The notes: generated from the sequence alone by a model not told the origin. A stretch of 64,000 bases of DNA from Candidatus Magasanikiibacteriota bacterium (GCA_016182085.1 JACOYB010000005.1:66061-130060), one strand, 5' to 3'. Counted from the stretch's first letter, positions 48,199 to 58,868 are shown. Program-made: numbers and translations.

Positions 48199-48618
48199 AT
48201 GTCCAAATCACAGGCCAAGCAGCTTGTAACTCCCGGGTTTGTACCGGTTCAGACTGCAACGTTGTTTCTCGGCCAATATGTGGTGGAGTTCTACGACCCG
48301 ATCTCTGACGAAGAGGATGGTCGTATTGACCTCCAGACAATCATTGGACGGGGTAATGAAGTAACCGTGGGCGCCACCATGAGCGAGGGGGATGCAAAGA
48401 AATTTGAAAGTCTGATGTTTAGCTATCCTGAACTGCATCTGCATCTTCGCGAAAAGCAGGTGATCTTTCCTGCTTCCAGCCCAAGGCCGGGATGTATTCG
48501 GTACTTTGAACTTGGGGAAGGCAATGATACATGGTACCATTATGCAGGGCCCATGGATACATGCCGAAAGGGTGTGTTGCTCGTTTGTATTTATGAGCCG
48601 GATGCCCCGAAAAACTAA
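48199..48618 (+). CDS. Hypothetical protein in a compositionally foreign (GC-rich) segment
   Basis: 139 aa ORF with a strong SD. Local GC is visibly far higher than the flanks (about 50% vs about 38%). No recognised motif. Confidence 0.55.
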   Translation: MSKSQAKQLVTPGFVPVQTATLFLGQYVVEFYDPISDEEDGRIDLQTIIGRGNEVTVGATMSEGDAKKFESLMFSYPELHLHLREKQVIFPASSPRPGCIRYFELGEGNDTWYHYAGPMDTCRKGVLLVCIYEPDAPKN

Positions 48619-48831
48619 CGAGAAGAACGACCCGTGAGTAACCGGTGGATTTTCGCAAAAACCAAGCGACAGTCCACCGGAGTTAAGTATTAAAATCTCT
48701 TTTCTCAATTTAGCGATTTTTCCTTTACATTAGCCAAAAAAATAACTTTAACCAAAAAAGCCTTTGCTCCTTGACAAAACCTCTAAAATATGGTATATTA
48801 TTTTGTTAATTTTATAATTAACCATAATCAT

Positions 48832-49992
48832 ATGCGCATAGCCATGATCGGACAAAAAGGCGTCCCGGCAATATATGGCGGCATAGAACGTCATGTGGAG
48901 GAATTGTCGGTAGAATTGGCCAAACAAGGCCACGACGTTTTTGTATACGCTCGCGAATGGTTTACTGATAAAAAGATTAAAAAATACCAAGGGGTCAATA
49001 TAATTCACACCCCTACTTTACGCACCAAACATTTGGATGCAATTGTGCATACACTCACTTCCACCATTCACGCACTCATACAAAAACCTGATGTAATTCA
49101 TTATCACGGCGTTGGTCCAGCCTTGCTTAGCTGGATTCCAAGACTTTTTTCTTCAAAAATTAAAGTGGTAGTAACCATGCACTGTCTTGATCGTTACCAC
49201 CAAAAATGGGGATTTTTTGCCCGCTTCATGCTTCGTGTTGGCGAATGGGCCGGATGCACGTTTGCCCACCAAGCGATTTCAGTTTCTAAAACCATTCAAG
49301 GTTATTGTTTGAATGAATACCGCACGTCTACAACGTATATCCCCAATGGCATCAAAACTAACGAACACCAAAATTATTCGTTAATTGACCAGTGGAACCT
49401 TACGCCGCAAAAATATATTTTGATGGTTTCCCGTTTGGTAAAACATAAAGGCGCCCATTACTTGTTGGAGGCTTGGCAAATTGCCCGCCAACAAAATCCA
49501 GAGCTTCTAAAAGATTATAAATTAGCTATAGTTGGCGACGCTGTATTTACGGATGATTATGTTGCCAAGTTGCGACAAATTGCTCGCGGTGATAACAGTG
49601 TTGTATTCACCGGCTGGCAGAAAAGCCAAGAGTTAGCTGAACTATATGATAACACCACTCTGCTTGTGCACCCTTCGGAAAATGAAGGTTTGCCTATAAC
49701 CATATTACAAGCCATGTCATACGCCAAACCAGTACTTGTTTCAGATATTGCCGAGCACAAAGAAGTAGTAAGCGATGAGGATTTCTGGTTTAGCAATACC
49801 GATGTATATTCTTTGGCGGAAAAAATTGCCGAACTTATTCAAAAACCTGAATTACTAAAAGAAAAAGGCAAAGCCAATAAAATCCTGGTGGAAAAAAATT
49901 ATAGATGGGAAGATATCGCCAAACAAACAATTGCAATCTATTCTTCTATAAACACCGACACGCTCAAAAAACTTCAAGCTTTACGAGCTTAA
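48832..49992 (+). CDS. GT4 (group 1) glycosyltransferase
   Basis: MRIAMIGQKGVPAIYGGIERHVEEL N-terminus. LVHPSENEGLPITILQAMSYAKPVLVSDIAEHKEVV is an E-X7-E motif. Start trimmed to the Met of MRIAMIG. Confidence 0.8.
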   Translation: MRIAMIGQKGVPAIYGGIERHVEELSVELAKQGHDVFVYAREWFTDKKIKKYQGVNIIHTPTLRTKHLDAIVHTLTSTIHALIQKPDVIHYHGVGPALLSWIPRLFSSKIKVVVTMHCLDRYHQKWGFFARFMLRVGEWAGCTFAHQAISVSKTIQGYCLNEYRTSTTYIPNGIKTNEHQNYSLIDQWNLTPQKYILMVSRLVKHKGAHYLLEAWQIARQQNPELLKDYKLAIVGDAVFTDDYVAKLRQIARGDNSVVFTGWQKSQELAELYDNTTLLVHPSENEGLPITILQAMSYAKPVLVSDIAEHKEVVSDEDFWFSNTDVYSLAEKIAELIQKPELLKEKGKANKILVEKNYRWEDIAKQTIAIYSSINTDTLKKLQALRA

Positions 49993-49993
49993 A

Positions 49994-50038
49994 CAAAAAC
50001 GGCCTTGCAGGGGCCGTCTTTGTTTTGGTTATTTTTTT
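49994..50038. terminator. Bidirectional rho-independent terminator between convergent GT4 genes
   Basis: ACGGCC-TTGCAGG-GGCCGT stem-loop extended by AAAAC/GTTTT, followed by TTGGTTATTTTTTT. Confidence 0.6.
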
Positions 50039-51252
50039 AAACGTATCGCTTCACGGTATATTTCTTCCAGTCTGTTGAAATAGTCGTCGGGATTATGATT
50101 TGTTCGCACTGTTTCCATAGCTGAAGCCGTAATGGCCGAGCCTTGCGCATCTGTTGTTTCCATAGCGCGCCTAATAGTTTTGGCCAGATCAGCCGGATCT
50201 TCGGGTTTAGCCAAAAATCCGCTCACCCCATTTTTTATGAGCTCCGGATTCCCGCCTCTATCTATAGAAACCACGATTCGGCCATAGCTCATAGCTTCTA
50301 GAATTGCCAAGGAACAATTTTCATAAAATAACGATGGCACCACTACAACCTTGGCTTCATTCATTACCTGTTTCCATTTCTCGCCTCCTACCCACCCCAC
50401 TCGTTCAATGTTAGATAAAATATTCTTGCGCGCGAATTCCTGAACCCAAGCATCTTCGGGGCCGCTGCCGACAATTTTGATTTTGTAATTACGCAGGTCT
50501 TTGGCCGCCTCCATAAGAATTTTTATACCTTTTTCATAATGCACGCGGCCTAAATACACAACTTTGTCGCCAAGCGGCGCGGGTGTGGTTTGCGGACTAA
50601 ACGGATTGCGAAGCAACCTCATTTTCTTGGCCGGAAATCCATACTCCACCATTTTGTCGGCCATAAACTGGCTTGGGCAGATATACAAATCAATTCGTTT
50701 CCAAATTTTTTTAAATCTGTAAAAATATGCTTCCATGACCCCAGCTATACTTGGCAACAACCTATTATCCACGCATTTATAACGAATACAACTAAATGGA
50801 TTACGATAACAACTCTCGCATAATGTTTCACCTTTCAAAAAATTACGGCTGGGAGAAATTGGAAAAAAATCATGCAAAGTAAGCACGGTCGGAACTTTTA
50901 ACTCGTACAGTTTTGTAAAGGTGCTGGCAGACAAGTGGTGATAGACGCTATGCAAATGCGCCACTTCCGGCTCTTCGGCCATAACCAATGCTCCCAATTT
51001 TTTTTCAATCTCTTTGGAAACAAATAGGCGTTTAAAAATTTTCCATTTTGTGGCGAAGTCTTGCTTTTCAAGAAGTTCCGGCACTTCCGAGGCAAAATAG
51101 GCGCTATATTCGGATGGAAAATTCCCCGTATGACTCATCGCAAATTCACTCACTTCATGCCCGCGCTGACGCAAGCCTTTGATAGTATCAAAAAGCACTA
51201 CCTCCACGCCGCCCCGGCGGTAAAAAAATTTATTTATTTGTAATACTCGCAT
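50029..51252 (-). CDS. GT4 (group 1) glycosyltransferase
   Basis: VVVPSLFYENCSLAILEAMSYGRIVVSIDRGGNPELI is an E-X7-E motif. Confidence 0.8.
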   Translation of the reverse strand: MRVLQINKFFYRRGGVEVVLFDTIKGLRQRGHEVSEFAMSHTGNFPSEYSAYFASEVPELLEKQDFATKWKIFKRLFVSKEIEKKLGALVMAEEPEVAHLHSVYHHLSASTFTKLYELKVPTVLTLHDFFPISPSRNFLKGETLCESCYRNPFSCIRYKCVDNRLLPSIAGVMEAYFYRFKKIWKRIDLYICPSQFMADKMVEYGFPAKKMRLLRNPFSPQTTPAPLGDKVVYLGRVHYEKGIKILMEAAKDLRNYKIKIVGSGPEDAWVQEFARKNILSNIERVGWVGGEKWKQVMNEAKVVVVPSLFYENCSLAILEAMSYGRIVVSIDRGGNPELIKNGVSGFLAKPEDPADLAKTIRRAMETTDAQGSAITASAMETVRTNHNPDDYFNRLEEIYREAIRLKK

Positions 51253-51258
51253 AATTTA

Positions 51259-51966
51259 TCACTTAACGGCAACAGCCACCAAATTTCGCGCGTCTTTTTT
51301 GGGGGCGCGATGATTCCCTTTTGAATAATACATTTCTTCTATCTTAAAACCCGCTTTTTTTAATAATTCTTTTAGTTCTTTTTTGGTAAAATAATGATAA
51401 TAGCGCTCTGCTAAAATTTCCCCCTCTTGGGTTTTCCAAGGAATAAGATAATCGTTTTCACTTAATAATTTCCAGTCTTTTTTAAATTTTTCCCGGGCCC
51501 AGTTACTTTCTAAATTCCAAGTCGTAATTATCAATCGGGCTTTATCTTTCATTTCTTTATACACCTGTCGCAACAGTTTAAGGCGAGATTCGGAATTTGG
51601 AAGGTGGTGGAAAGAGGCCACCATAAAAACCAAGTCAAAAAAACTATCTTTAAATTTTACTTCTTTTTTAGCATTAGAAAAAAATTTAACTGCGCCCTTT
51701 TTTACCTCTTCGGCGTGAACCTTCTTAGCGATCTTTAAAAGTTCCCCGCTCTGATCTACTCCATAATAGTGAAAAGTTTTATTTTCTAATATATATAATA
51801 ACCGGCCATTGCCGCATCCCCAATCCAAAATATATTGATCGTCATGGATAAATTCTTTGAATTTTTCCAGCTCCGCGGCGCTATATCTGGTACTGGCAAA
51901 AAGCTGGGCTATACGGTTGTAATCTTCCCGGGTTTTATGTATAATCCGTACGTCTTCCTTACGCAT
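51259..51966 (-). CDS. Class I SAM-dependent methyltransferase
   Basis: ILDWGCGNGRLL is motif I. Confidence 0.8.
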   Translation of the reverse strand: MRKEDVRIIHKTREDYNRIAQLFASTRYSAAELEKFKEFIHDDQYILDWGCGNGRLLYILENKTFHYYGVDQSGELLKIAKKVHAEEVKKGAVKFFSNAKKEVKFKDSFFDLVFMVASFHHLPNSESRLKLLRQVYKEMKDKARLIITTWNLESNWAREKFKKDWKLLSENDYLIPWKTQEGEILAERYYHYFTKKELKELLKKAGFKIEEMYYSKGNHRAPKKDARNLVAVAVK

Positions 51967-51974
51967 AAAAATGT

Positions 51975-53627
51975 ATGTCCATTACTGAAAAAGTAGTTAA
52001 ATATTTATCTATTAACCCGCCCGTAACGGCGGCTGATTTTAGCGAATCTTTACGAAAAATGCTGCGTCAAGAAAAAAATCCTGCTATTTCTATTCCCAAC
52101 AAGCGGGACCTGCTTAAATCATACCATAAATTAATAAAAACCAACAAGATCAAAAAAAGTGTTCAACTAGAAAAAATGCTCCGCCGCCGCGCGGTGCGCA
52201 CACTCTCGGGTGTTACAATTGTTACTTCTTTGGTAAAACCCTATCCTTGCCCCGGCAAATGCGTGTACTGCCCTTTGGACGCGCGTATGCCGAAAAGCTA
52301 CCTATCCGACGAGCCAGCTGCCGCCAGAGCGCTGTCGTTGGAATTTAGTCCGTATGACCAAATGGCCAAACGTATTGAAGCCCTAGAAAATAACGGCCAC
52401 CCAACCGACAAGGTAGAACTTATTATAAAAGGCGGCACTTGGAATTCGTATCCCCTGCCTTATCAATATTGGTTTATTTTAAAATCTTTTGAAGCAGCCA
52501 ACCGTACGGGACAGAAAAATAAAACCCGAGCCACCAAACTGCACGAAAATTCTTCGATTAAAAAACTGCGGGCCGAACTGCTCAAACAACAAAAACTTAA
52601 TGAGAAATCTAAGCATAGAATTATTGGCCTCACTTTGGAGACCAGACCAGACTCTGTAAATTTACGCAGCGTTTGGCAAATGCGAGAGATGGGCTGTACC
52701 CGTATAGAACTTGGCATCCAACATACCCATGACGATATTTTAAAACTAATTAAACGAGGGCACGATAATGCCAGATCAAAATGGGCCACGGAAATGCTCA
52801 AAAATTATGGCTATAAAACCGATTTTCACCTAATGCCGCAACTACCTGGGGCTACACCGGAAACCGATTTGAGCATGATGATAGATGTTTTTACTGATCC
52901 TGGATTTCGGCCGGATATGATTAAAGTTTACCCATGTTCGGTAATCAAAAATTCTGAGCTATACGATTGGTTTAAAGCTGGAAAATACAGAGCTTACCCA
53001 ACCGAAGACTTACTAACCATGCTTAAAAAATTTAAGCCGCACGTCCCTCGCTACTGCCGCATCTCGCGCTTGATTCGCGATATACCGGGTCAATATATTG
53101 AAAATGGCAATACCGTTACCAACTTGCGCCAAGTAATCCAAGAGCAAATGAAAAAAGAAGGCACCAAATGTGTCTGTTTGCGCTGCCGAGAAATATCTCA
53201 TGTGGATATTACTAATATTAAAGACCTAACACCTCATCTGTTTGTAGATGAATATGCCACCCAGGGCGGCACGGAATATTTTTTGAGCTTTGAAGATAAA
53301 GACCGACTGGTTGTGTTTGGTTTTTGCCGTTTGCGCATCGTAGATAAAAATATAATAGCAAAAAAAGACAAAAAACTAGCGCCATTTCCAGCCTACATCC
53401 GCGAACTTCATACGTATGGACAGCTGGTAAAAATCGGTACCCAAGAAAAAGGACACAGCCAACATACCGGCTTAGGTAAAAAATTAATAAAATTAGCAGA
53501 AAAAATTACGGCTGAACAAGGCGTGCATAAATTGGCGGTAATTTCTGGTGTAGGTGTACGGGACTATTACCGAAAATCTGGATATAAGCTGGAAAATACC
53601 TATATGGTAAAGAGGCTAAAAAGATAG
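51975..53627 (+). CDS. Elp3-like radical SAM / GNAT acetyltransferase (tRNA wobble-uridine modification family)
   Basis: CPGKCVYCP radical-SAM Cys cluster in the N-terminal half, and a C-terminal GNAT fold (GLGKKLIKLAEKI). 550 aa, matching Elp3 architecture. Confidence 0.75.
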   Translation: MSITEKVVKYLSINPPVTAADFSESLRKMLRQEKNPAISIPNKRDLLKSYHKLIKTNKIKKSVQLEKMLRRRAVRTLSGVTIVTSLVKPYPCPGKCVYCPLDARMPKSYLSDEPAAARALSLEFSPYDQMAKRIEALENNGHPTDKVELIIKGGTWNSYPLPYQYWFILKSFEAANRTGQKNKTRATKLHENSSIKKLRAELLKQQKLNEKSKHRIIGLTLETRPDSVNLRSVWQMREMGCTRIELGIQHTHDDILKLIKRGHDNARSKWATEMLKNYGYKTDFHLMPQLPGATPETDLSMMIDVFTDPGFRPDMIKVYPCSVIKNSELYDWFKAGKYRAYPTEDLLTMLKKFKPHVPRYCRISRLIRDIPGQYIENGNTVTNLRQVIQEQMKKEGTKCVCLRCREISHVDITNIKDLTPHLFVDEYATQGGTEYFLSFEDKDRLVVFGFCRLRIVDKNIIAKKDKKLAPFPAYIRELHTYGQLVKIGTQEKGHSQHTGLGKKLIKLAEKITAEQGVHKLAVISGVGVRDYYRKSGYKLENTYMVKRLKR

Positions 53628-53635
53628 TAAGATAT

Positions 53636-54028
53636 ATGGGTATGCAGCTACCTCCTAATTCAATTATCGCTTCTGGGCCGGTTATCATAGAAGATAACAA
53701 GGTTTTGCTTAATCGTGAAAAAAAAGAAAACGGCATTACACCCTGGATGTTTCCAGGCGGTGAAGTAGAAGAATTTGATAAAAGCTTAGAAGAGGCTTGC
53801 CACCGAGAAGTAGGCGAAGAAATGGGAATAAAAATAGAAATCATAAAACCACTCAAGCCAATAATGATTTACCAAAACGAACGAGTGATTATTCTAGCTC
53901 ATTACTTGGCCAAGAGAATTGGAGAGATAAGCCCGGGCAAAGATATATCGGAATGGGCCTGGCATGATATAAATAATTTACCTAATAACTGTGCACAAAA
54001 CGTATATGATATAATTAGTTCTCTATAA
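53636..54028 (+). CDS. NUDIX hydrolase
   Basis: FPGGEVEEFDKSLEEACHREVGEEMGIK is a Nudix box. Confidence 0.8.
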   Translation: MGMQLPPNSIIASGPVIIEDNKVLLNREKKENGITPWMFPGGEVEEFDKSLEEACHREVGEEMGIKIEIIKPLKPIMIYQNERVIILAHYLAKRIGEISPGKDISEWAWHDINNLPNNCAQNVYDIISSL

Positions 54029-54039
54029 ACTCTCGGTTA

Positions 54040-54175
54040 CTGTCATTCCCGCTGCAGCGGGAATCCAGGCAATTTAGGATACTGGATTCCCAACTTGGTT
54101 GGGAATGACAAACGAAGATCCCTCATCATCCGCCTAGGCGGACTCGCTCGGGATGACAGTTAAAAACTAATTATA
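54040..54175. repeat. Palindromic intergenic element, same family, three hairpins
   Basis: tgtcattcccgctgcagcgggaatccag, ctggattcccaacttggttgggaatgaca and ccgcctaggcgg...gggatgacag. Confidence 0.6.
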
Positions 54176-54196
54176 TTAATAAAATATCATAATACT

Positions 54197-55444
54197 ATGC
54201 ACACATCTTCACTCAAAGACTTTGATTCTGACATTTATCAAAGTATTAAAAAAGAACAACAGCGCCAAGAAGAAGGACTGGAAATGATCCCTTCGGAGAA
54301 TTTTGTTTCTCCGGCGGTGCTGGAAGCTTTAGGGTCGGTTTTAACTAATAAATATTCCGAAGGCTATCCGGGCAAACGATATTATGGCGGTTGTGAATTT
54401 ATTGATGAAGTGGAAACTTTGGCCATAGACCGAGCCAAACAACTTTTTGGGGCCGAACATGTAAACGTACAGCCTTTGTCTGGCGCGCCGGCCAATGTAG
54501 CGGTGTATTTTGCCCTACTTAAACCTGGCGACACGGTGCTTGGCATGGACTTGTCTCATGGCGGACACCTTACTCACGGGCACCCGGTAACCTACATGGC
54601 CAAAATATATAACTTTGTCCGCTATAAAACCAACGCCGAAGGATTGATAGATTTGGATAATTTGCGCCAAATGGCATTGGAGCACAAACCAAAAATAATT
54701 TTGGTTGGCTACAGCGCTTATTCACGAGAAATTGAATATGAAAAAATAAAGGCGATTGCCGATGAAGTGGGCGCGATTACCATGGCCGACATTGCCCATA
54801 TTGCGGGCTTGATTGCTGGCGGACAAATGAATAATCCGGTGCCGATTTTTGATATAGTAACTACCACCACTCATAAAACTTTGCGCGGCCCTCGCGGCGG
54901 CATGATTATGTGTAAAGAAAAATTTGCCAAAGATATAGACAAATCTGTTTTCCCCGGATTTCAGGGAGGCCCGCACGAAAACAATATCGCGGCTAAAGCA
55001 ATCGCATTTAAAGAAGCACTGGAGCCGGAATTTAAAGAATATACCAAACAAATAAAGAAAAATATAAAAGTTTTGGAAGAAGAATTGCGCAAACGAGATT
55101 ATAAATTGTGTTTTGGCGGTTCGGATAATCACCTGCTACTTATAGATGTAACACCAAAAGGCGTGTCGGGAAAAGAAGCACAAATCGCCCTAGACAAAGC
55201 CGGCATTACCGTAAACAAAAATATGATCCCGGACGACCCACGCTCGCCTATGGACCCTTCCGGTATCCGCTTGGGTACACCGGCTATCACCACTCGCGGC
55301 ATGAAAGAAGAAGAAATGAAAATGATTGCGACCTGGATAGACGAAGCGATAGCCAATCACGGGGATGATGCCAAACTGGCAGGCATAAAACAACAAGTGG
55401 CCGAGCTGACCAAAAAATTTCCACTTTACCCAACCTTGAAGTAA
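54197..55444 (+). CDS. glyA: Serine hydroxymethyltransferase
   Basis: Full-length SHMT: [37 protein letters not shown], with the PLP-lysine region [14 protein letters not shown]. Confidence 0.95.
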   Translation: MHTSSLKDFDSDIYQSIKKEQQRQEEGLEMIPSENFVSPAVLEALGSVLTNKYSEGYPGKRYYGGCEFIDEVETLAIDRAKQLFGAEHVNVQPLSGAPANVAVYFALLKPGDTVLGMDLSHGGHLTHGHPVTYMAKIYNFVRYKTNAEGLIDLDNLRQMALEHKPKIILVGYSAYSREIEYEKIKAIADEVGAITMADIAHIAGLIAGGQMNNPVPIFDIVTTTTHKTLRGPRGGMIMCKEKFAKDIDKSVFPGFQGGPHENNIAAKAIAFKEALEPEFKEYTKQIKKNIKVLEEELRKRDYKLCFGGSDNHLLLIDVTPKGVSGKEAQIALDKAGITVNKNMIPDDPRSPMDPSGIRLGTPAITTRGMKEEEMKMIATWIDEAIANHGDDAKLAGIKQQVAELTKKFPLYPTLK

Positions 55445-55463
55445 ATTAAAAATACATTTTATT

Positions 55464-57203
55464 TTAACCGGAAACAACGTCTTCAAACTTATAGGCCTGG
55501 TAAATGCCACCCTTTCCTAACGCCGCTGTTTTTATAGATACAGAAAATAAATTTTTTTCTGTTATAATTTTTTGAACCTGTCTTACGCTGACTTTCAATT
55601 TATTTGCGATTGTTTTTATTGGACCCCAATGCTCATTAGAAGAGGGGCTGATATAAAACCCTCTCCATTCTCCCTGAGCCTCCACTTGTTTTGCTTCTCT
55701 AAGTTCTATAATTCTAGAGACACCGGATATATCTTCGTACTTATACGCCTCTACTACCTTCTGATTGAAAATATTCTTACTTTGGAAGCTGTGTTCTTCA
55801 ATTAATTTTTTAATGAGTTTGCCGCTTATTTGCAGCTTTGCAGACAAAACATTAATTGAAGCCCAGTGATCACTCTTCTCATCAACATAAAACCCTTCCC
55901 AATCTCCAGATACTTCTGCTTTAGGAATAGAAATTCGTTCTTTTATCAGGTCATTTTCTGATATTAGCTCATATGGATATACAACTGCCTTCATATTTGG
56001 AGGACAGCGAACTATTTTTGATACCAAATTCACACCTTGGCTTTTTATAATTTCTTCTACAAACTTATAACTAATTTCTAATTTATTAGCTAGTACTAGA
56101 ACTGTGCCAAAATGATTGCCGGTTTCTGGATCTATCCAAAAATTTTTCCATTCACCCGCTTTTTCCACTATAGGCAACTCTAGAATTTCTCTGACCGCTG
56201 GCAATTTAACCACGTCCTCATAAGCATACGCATTCACAAATTTTCCACCCTTTCTACGTCTAATTTCTTTAATATGAATGGTTGCCATAGCCATTAAACT
56301 ACTAAGAAAATCTTTTGATAATCCTAATTTATCTGCGATGATATTTAAAGCAGCATAATGCTTATTTGTATCCGGGTCTATCCAAAAACCTTCCCATTCA
56401 CCCGCGTCGTCTACCTGCGGCGATTCAAGATATTTTTTAACTTCTGCGGTATTTATAAAGTCTTCAAAAGAATAAGCTGCTCTTTTATGGCCAAAAACAT
56501 CCACAACAATTTTTTTCTCCAATTCTAGAGAAACAGCCATATCACTCAGGCTGCGGTAACTTCTTTTATAGGTTGCTTTTTTTATAATAGTTGTAATTGG
56601 CCCCCAGTGTTTGCCTTCCTGATCTGTCCAAAATCCTTTCCAAGGATCTAGTTCAATTTTTGATACTTGGGGCAATTCTTGGTCATTTTCAAAAGAGTCG
56701 CCCGGCGACAATTGAAGCTCTTTAAAATCTTCGTATAGCAGGCTTTCCAGTATAGCTGCCCATTTTGGCCCTTGAATAAACCTTTGTCCTGCCTGACGGT
56801 TTTGAAGTAAAAAAGTATTTTTCTCTTCTTTTGACATTGTATTAACATCGGGCACATTGACTCCGAGTTCTTGCAGATGAGCCATATCAAAAACATAACT
56901 TGCATTCCCTTCCTCATCACACACTTGTACGATTCTATTAATTTTTTCAATGACAACTGTTATATAACTAGTTTTTCTAATCATTTCTGGCGATATTTCT
57001 CCTTCAAAAATTTGGATATCGTCAAGTTCTATGCCATTATTTTGAAGCGTGTAAAGCAGAGTTTTCAATCTGTTTTTTAAATCTGCTTTTTCAAATTCTC
57101 CTTTTCCTCTAACAATCCCGTGTTTGATTGCGTCAGGCGGAGTTATGACCTGTCCAATCAGTTGGGTCTGGGTACGAATATAATCTAGTATCAATATTAT
57201 CAA
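55464..57203 (-). CDS. Tandem-repeat protein with 5-6 copies of an uncharacterised ~70-aa module (acidic W-rich hairpin plus HTH-like helix pair)
   Basis: Repeats GEWEGFWIDPDTNKHYAALNIIADKLGLS, GEWKNFWIDPETGNHFGTVLVLANKLEISYKFVEEI, GDWEGFYVDEKSDHWASINVLSAKLQISGKLIKKLIE, GEWRGFYISPSSNEHWGPIKTIANKLKVSVRQVQKII and GFWTDQEGKHWGPITTIIKKA. Confidence 0.6.
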   Translation of the reverse strand: MIILILDYIRTQTQLIGQVITPPDAIKHGIVRGKGEFEKADLKNRLKTLLYTLQNNGIELDDIQIFEGEISPEMIRKTSYITVVIEKINRIVQVCDEEGNASYVFDMAHLQELGVNVPDVNTMSKEEKNTFLLQNRQAGQRFIQGPKWAAILESLLYEDFKELQLSPGDSFENDQELPQVSKIELDPWKGFWTDQEGKHWGPITTIIKKATYKRSYRSLSDMAVSLELEKKIVVDVFGHKRAAYSFEDFINTAEVKKYLESPQVDDAGEWEGFWIDPDTNKHYAALNIIADKLGLSKDFLSSLMAMATIHIKEIRRRKGGKFVNAYAYEDVVKLPAVREILELPIVEKAGEWKNFWIDPETGNHFGTVLVLANKLEISYKFVEEIIKSQGVNLVSKIVRCPPNMKAVVYPYELISENDLIKERISIPKAEVSGDWEGFYVDEKSDHWASINVLSAKLQISGKLIKKLIEEHSFQSKNIFNQKVVEAYKYEDISGVSRIIELREAKQVEAQGEWRGFYISPSSNEHWGPIKTIANKLKVSVRQVQKIITEKNLFSVSIKTAALGKGGIYQAYKFEDVVSG

Positions 57204-57369
57204 CTGTGAGTTCTCGCTGAAGAATCTTATCCAACTGTGTTTTAAACTGTTCTTTATTCCTGAGATAATCGCTCTTAACAGATAAATCTCGTTGCGCTGT
57301 CATCTCTTCTGGTAATTTACCTGGCCTGTCACCCATACAAGTAATTAATAAATAAACTACACAGTATAA

Positions 57370-58809
57370 TTATTTTATCTCCCGCACCTCAACCAAATTC
57401 ACATGTCCCGCGTGCCCAACCGGCTCGCCGGCTACGACCACCATCTGATCTCCGGTTTTGCCAAGCTTATTTTTCTTTATATACGCAATAGACCGTTCTA
57501 CTAATTCTTCAATGGATTGGCAAGGTTCCAAAATAAACGGTACTACGCCCCAAGATAAATTGAGTTGTCTTTGCACTCTTTGGCTGCTGGTACCGACCAG
57601 AATAGACAAAGGCGGACGCACATGGCTAATAAGCCGGCCAGTTTCTCCGGAAAGAGAGGCGGCTAAAATTATCTTTGCTTTTACTTCTTCAGCCAAGATA
57701 CGGGACAGCTCGGTTATGGCTACTTCCATAGTTGTGCCGCTTTTATGAACGCCCGGTAAAACGGTATCGTCATAATGCGATTTTTCGGTATTAGCGATTA
57801 TTTCGGCCATAGTTTCTACTACCAAAACCGGATGTTTGCCTACCGCTGTTTCGTTGGACAACATGAGCGTGTCGGCATGATCTATAACCGCATTGGCCAC
57901 ATCGCTGACTTCGGCTCTGGTGGGACGGCGATTCTCCCGCATAGAATCCAGCATTTGCGTGGCCACAATTACCGGTTTTGCCAAACTATTGGCTTCGTCT
58001 ATGATTTTCTTTTGCGCGAGCGGTACTTCGGACGCATGCATTTCCAGACCCAAATCTCCACGCGCGACCATCACTCCGTCGCTGGCATCTAAAATTTCTT
58101 TTAGATTATCTACAGCTACTCGCCTTTCTATTTTGGCAATGATATGAAGCGGCGGCTGATTTTTTATTCCCAACTCGCTTTCAAATTGTTTTATTAAAAA
58201 TCGCAAATCCAGAATATCTTTGGCGCTGCGCACAAAAGACATGGCTACCAAATCTACTCCTTGTTCCAAACCAAACTTCAAATCATTTTTATCTTTAACA
58301 TCGAGAGTCTCCACATCCAAATCACTATCTGGAAAATTTAAACCTTTATGGGAAAAAATTAAACTGCCTTCTACAACCTCACCTGTTATTTTTGTGCCTT
58401 CCACACTTTTTACCTTTATCTCAATATGTCCGTCATCTACCAAAATTCTATGGCCCGCTTCTATAAATTTATGTAAGTTTTTATAATCCACCGGAATAAT
58501 TCCGTCCTTATACTCTGCCAAAGAAGTATCTAAAACCACTTCTCCGCCCACTTTAATTGGCGCGCCTTCATCCGGCATTTTTCCTACGCGTATTTTCGGC
58601 CCTTGTAAATCCTGCATGATTGCCAGCGGCTCACCTGTTTCTTCTTCTACTTTTCTTAAATTTTTTATCAAAACGGCGTGGCTGGAGTAATCACCATGAG
58701 AAAAATTTAACCTCGCAATGTTCATGCCGGCTTTTACCATATCTGTAAGCCTGGCAATATCCTGACAAGCCGGACCAATCGTGGCGCAAATTTTTGTTTT
58801 CTTAAACAT
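57370..58809 (-). CDS. pyk: Pyruvate kinase
   Basis: KTKICATIGPA...MVARGDLG, canonical PK motifs. 479 aa. Confidence 0.95.
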   Translation of the reverse strand: MFKKTKICATIGPACQDIARLTDMVKAGMNIARLNFSHGDYSSHAVLIKNLRKVEEETGEPLAIMQDLQGPKIRVGKMPDEGAPIKVGGEVVLDTSLAEYKDGIIPVDYKNLHKFIEAGHRILVDDGHIEIKVKSVEGTKITGEVVEGSLIFSHKGLNFPDSDLDVETLDVKDKNDLKFGLEQGVDLVAMSFVRSAKDILDLRFLIKQFESELGIKNQPPLHIIAKIERRVAVDNLKEILDASDGVMVARGDLGLEMHASEVPLAQKKIIDEANSLAKPVIVATQMLDSMRENRRPTRAEVSDVANAVIDHADTLMLSNETAVGKHPVLVVETMAEIIANTEKSHYDDTVLPGVHKSGTTMEVAITELSRILAEEVKAKIILAASLSGETGRLISHVRPPLSILVGTSSQRVQRQLNLSWGVVPFILEPCQSIEELVERSIAYIKKNKLGKTGDQMVVVAGEPVGHAGHVNLVEVREIK

Positions 58810-58868
58810 AGATTGTAATTTTAGCAGAGCGATCCCATTCGGTTCCGCCTCAGGGCAAGCTCTTCAGG

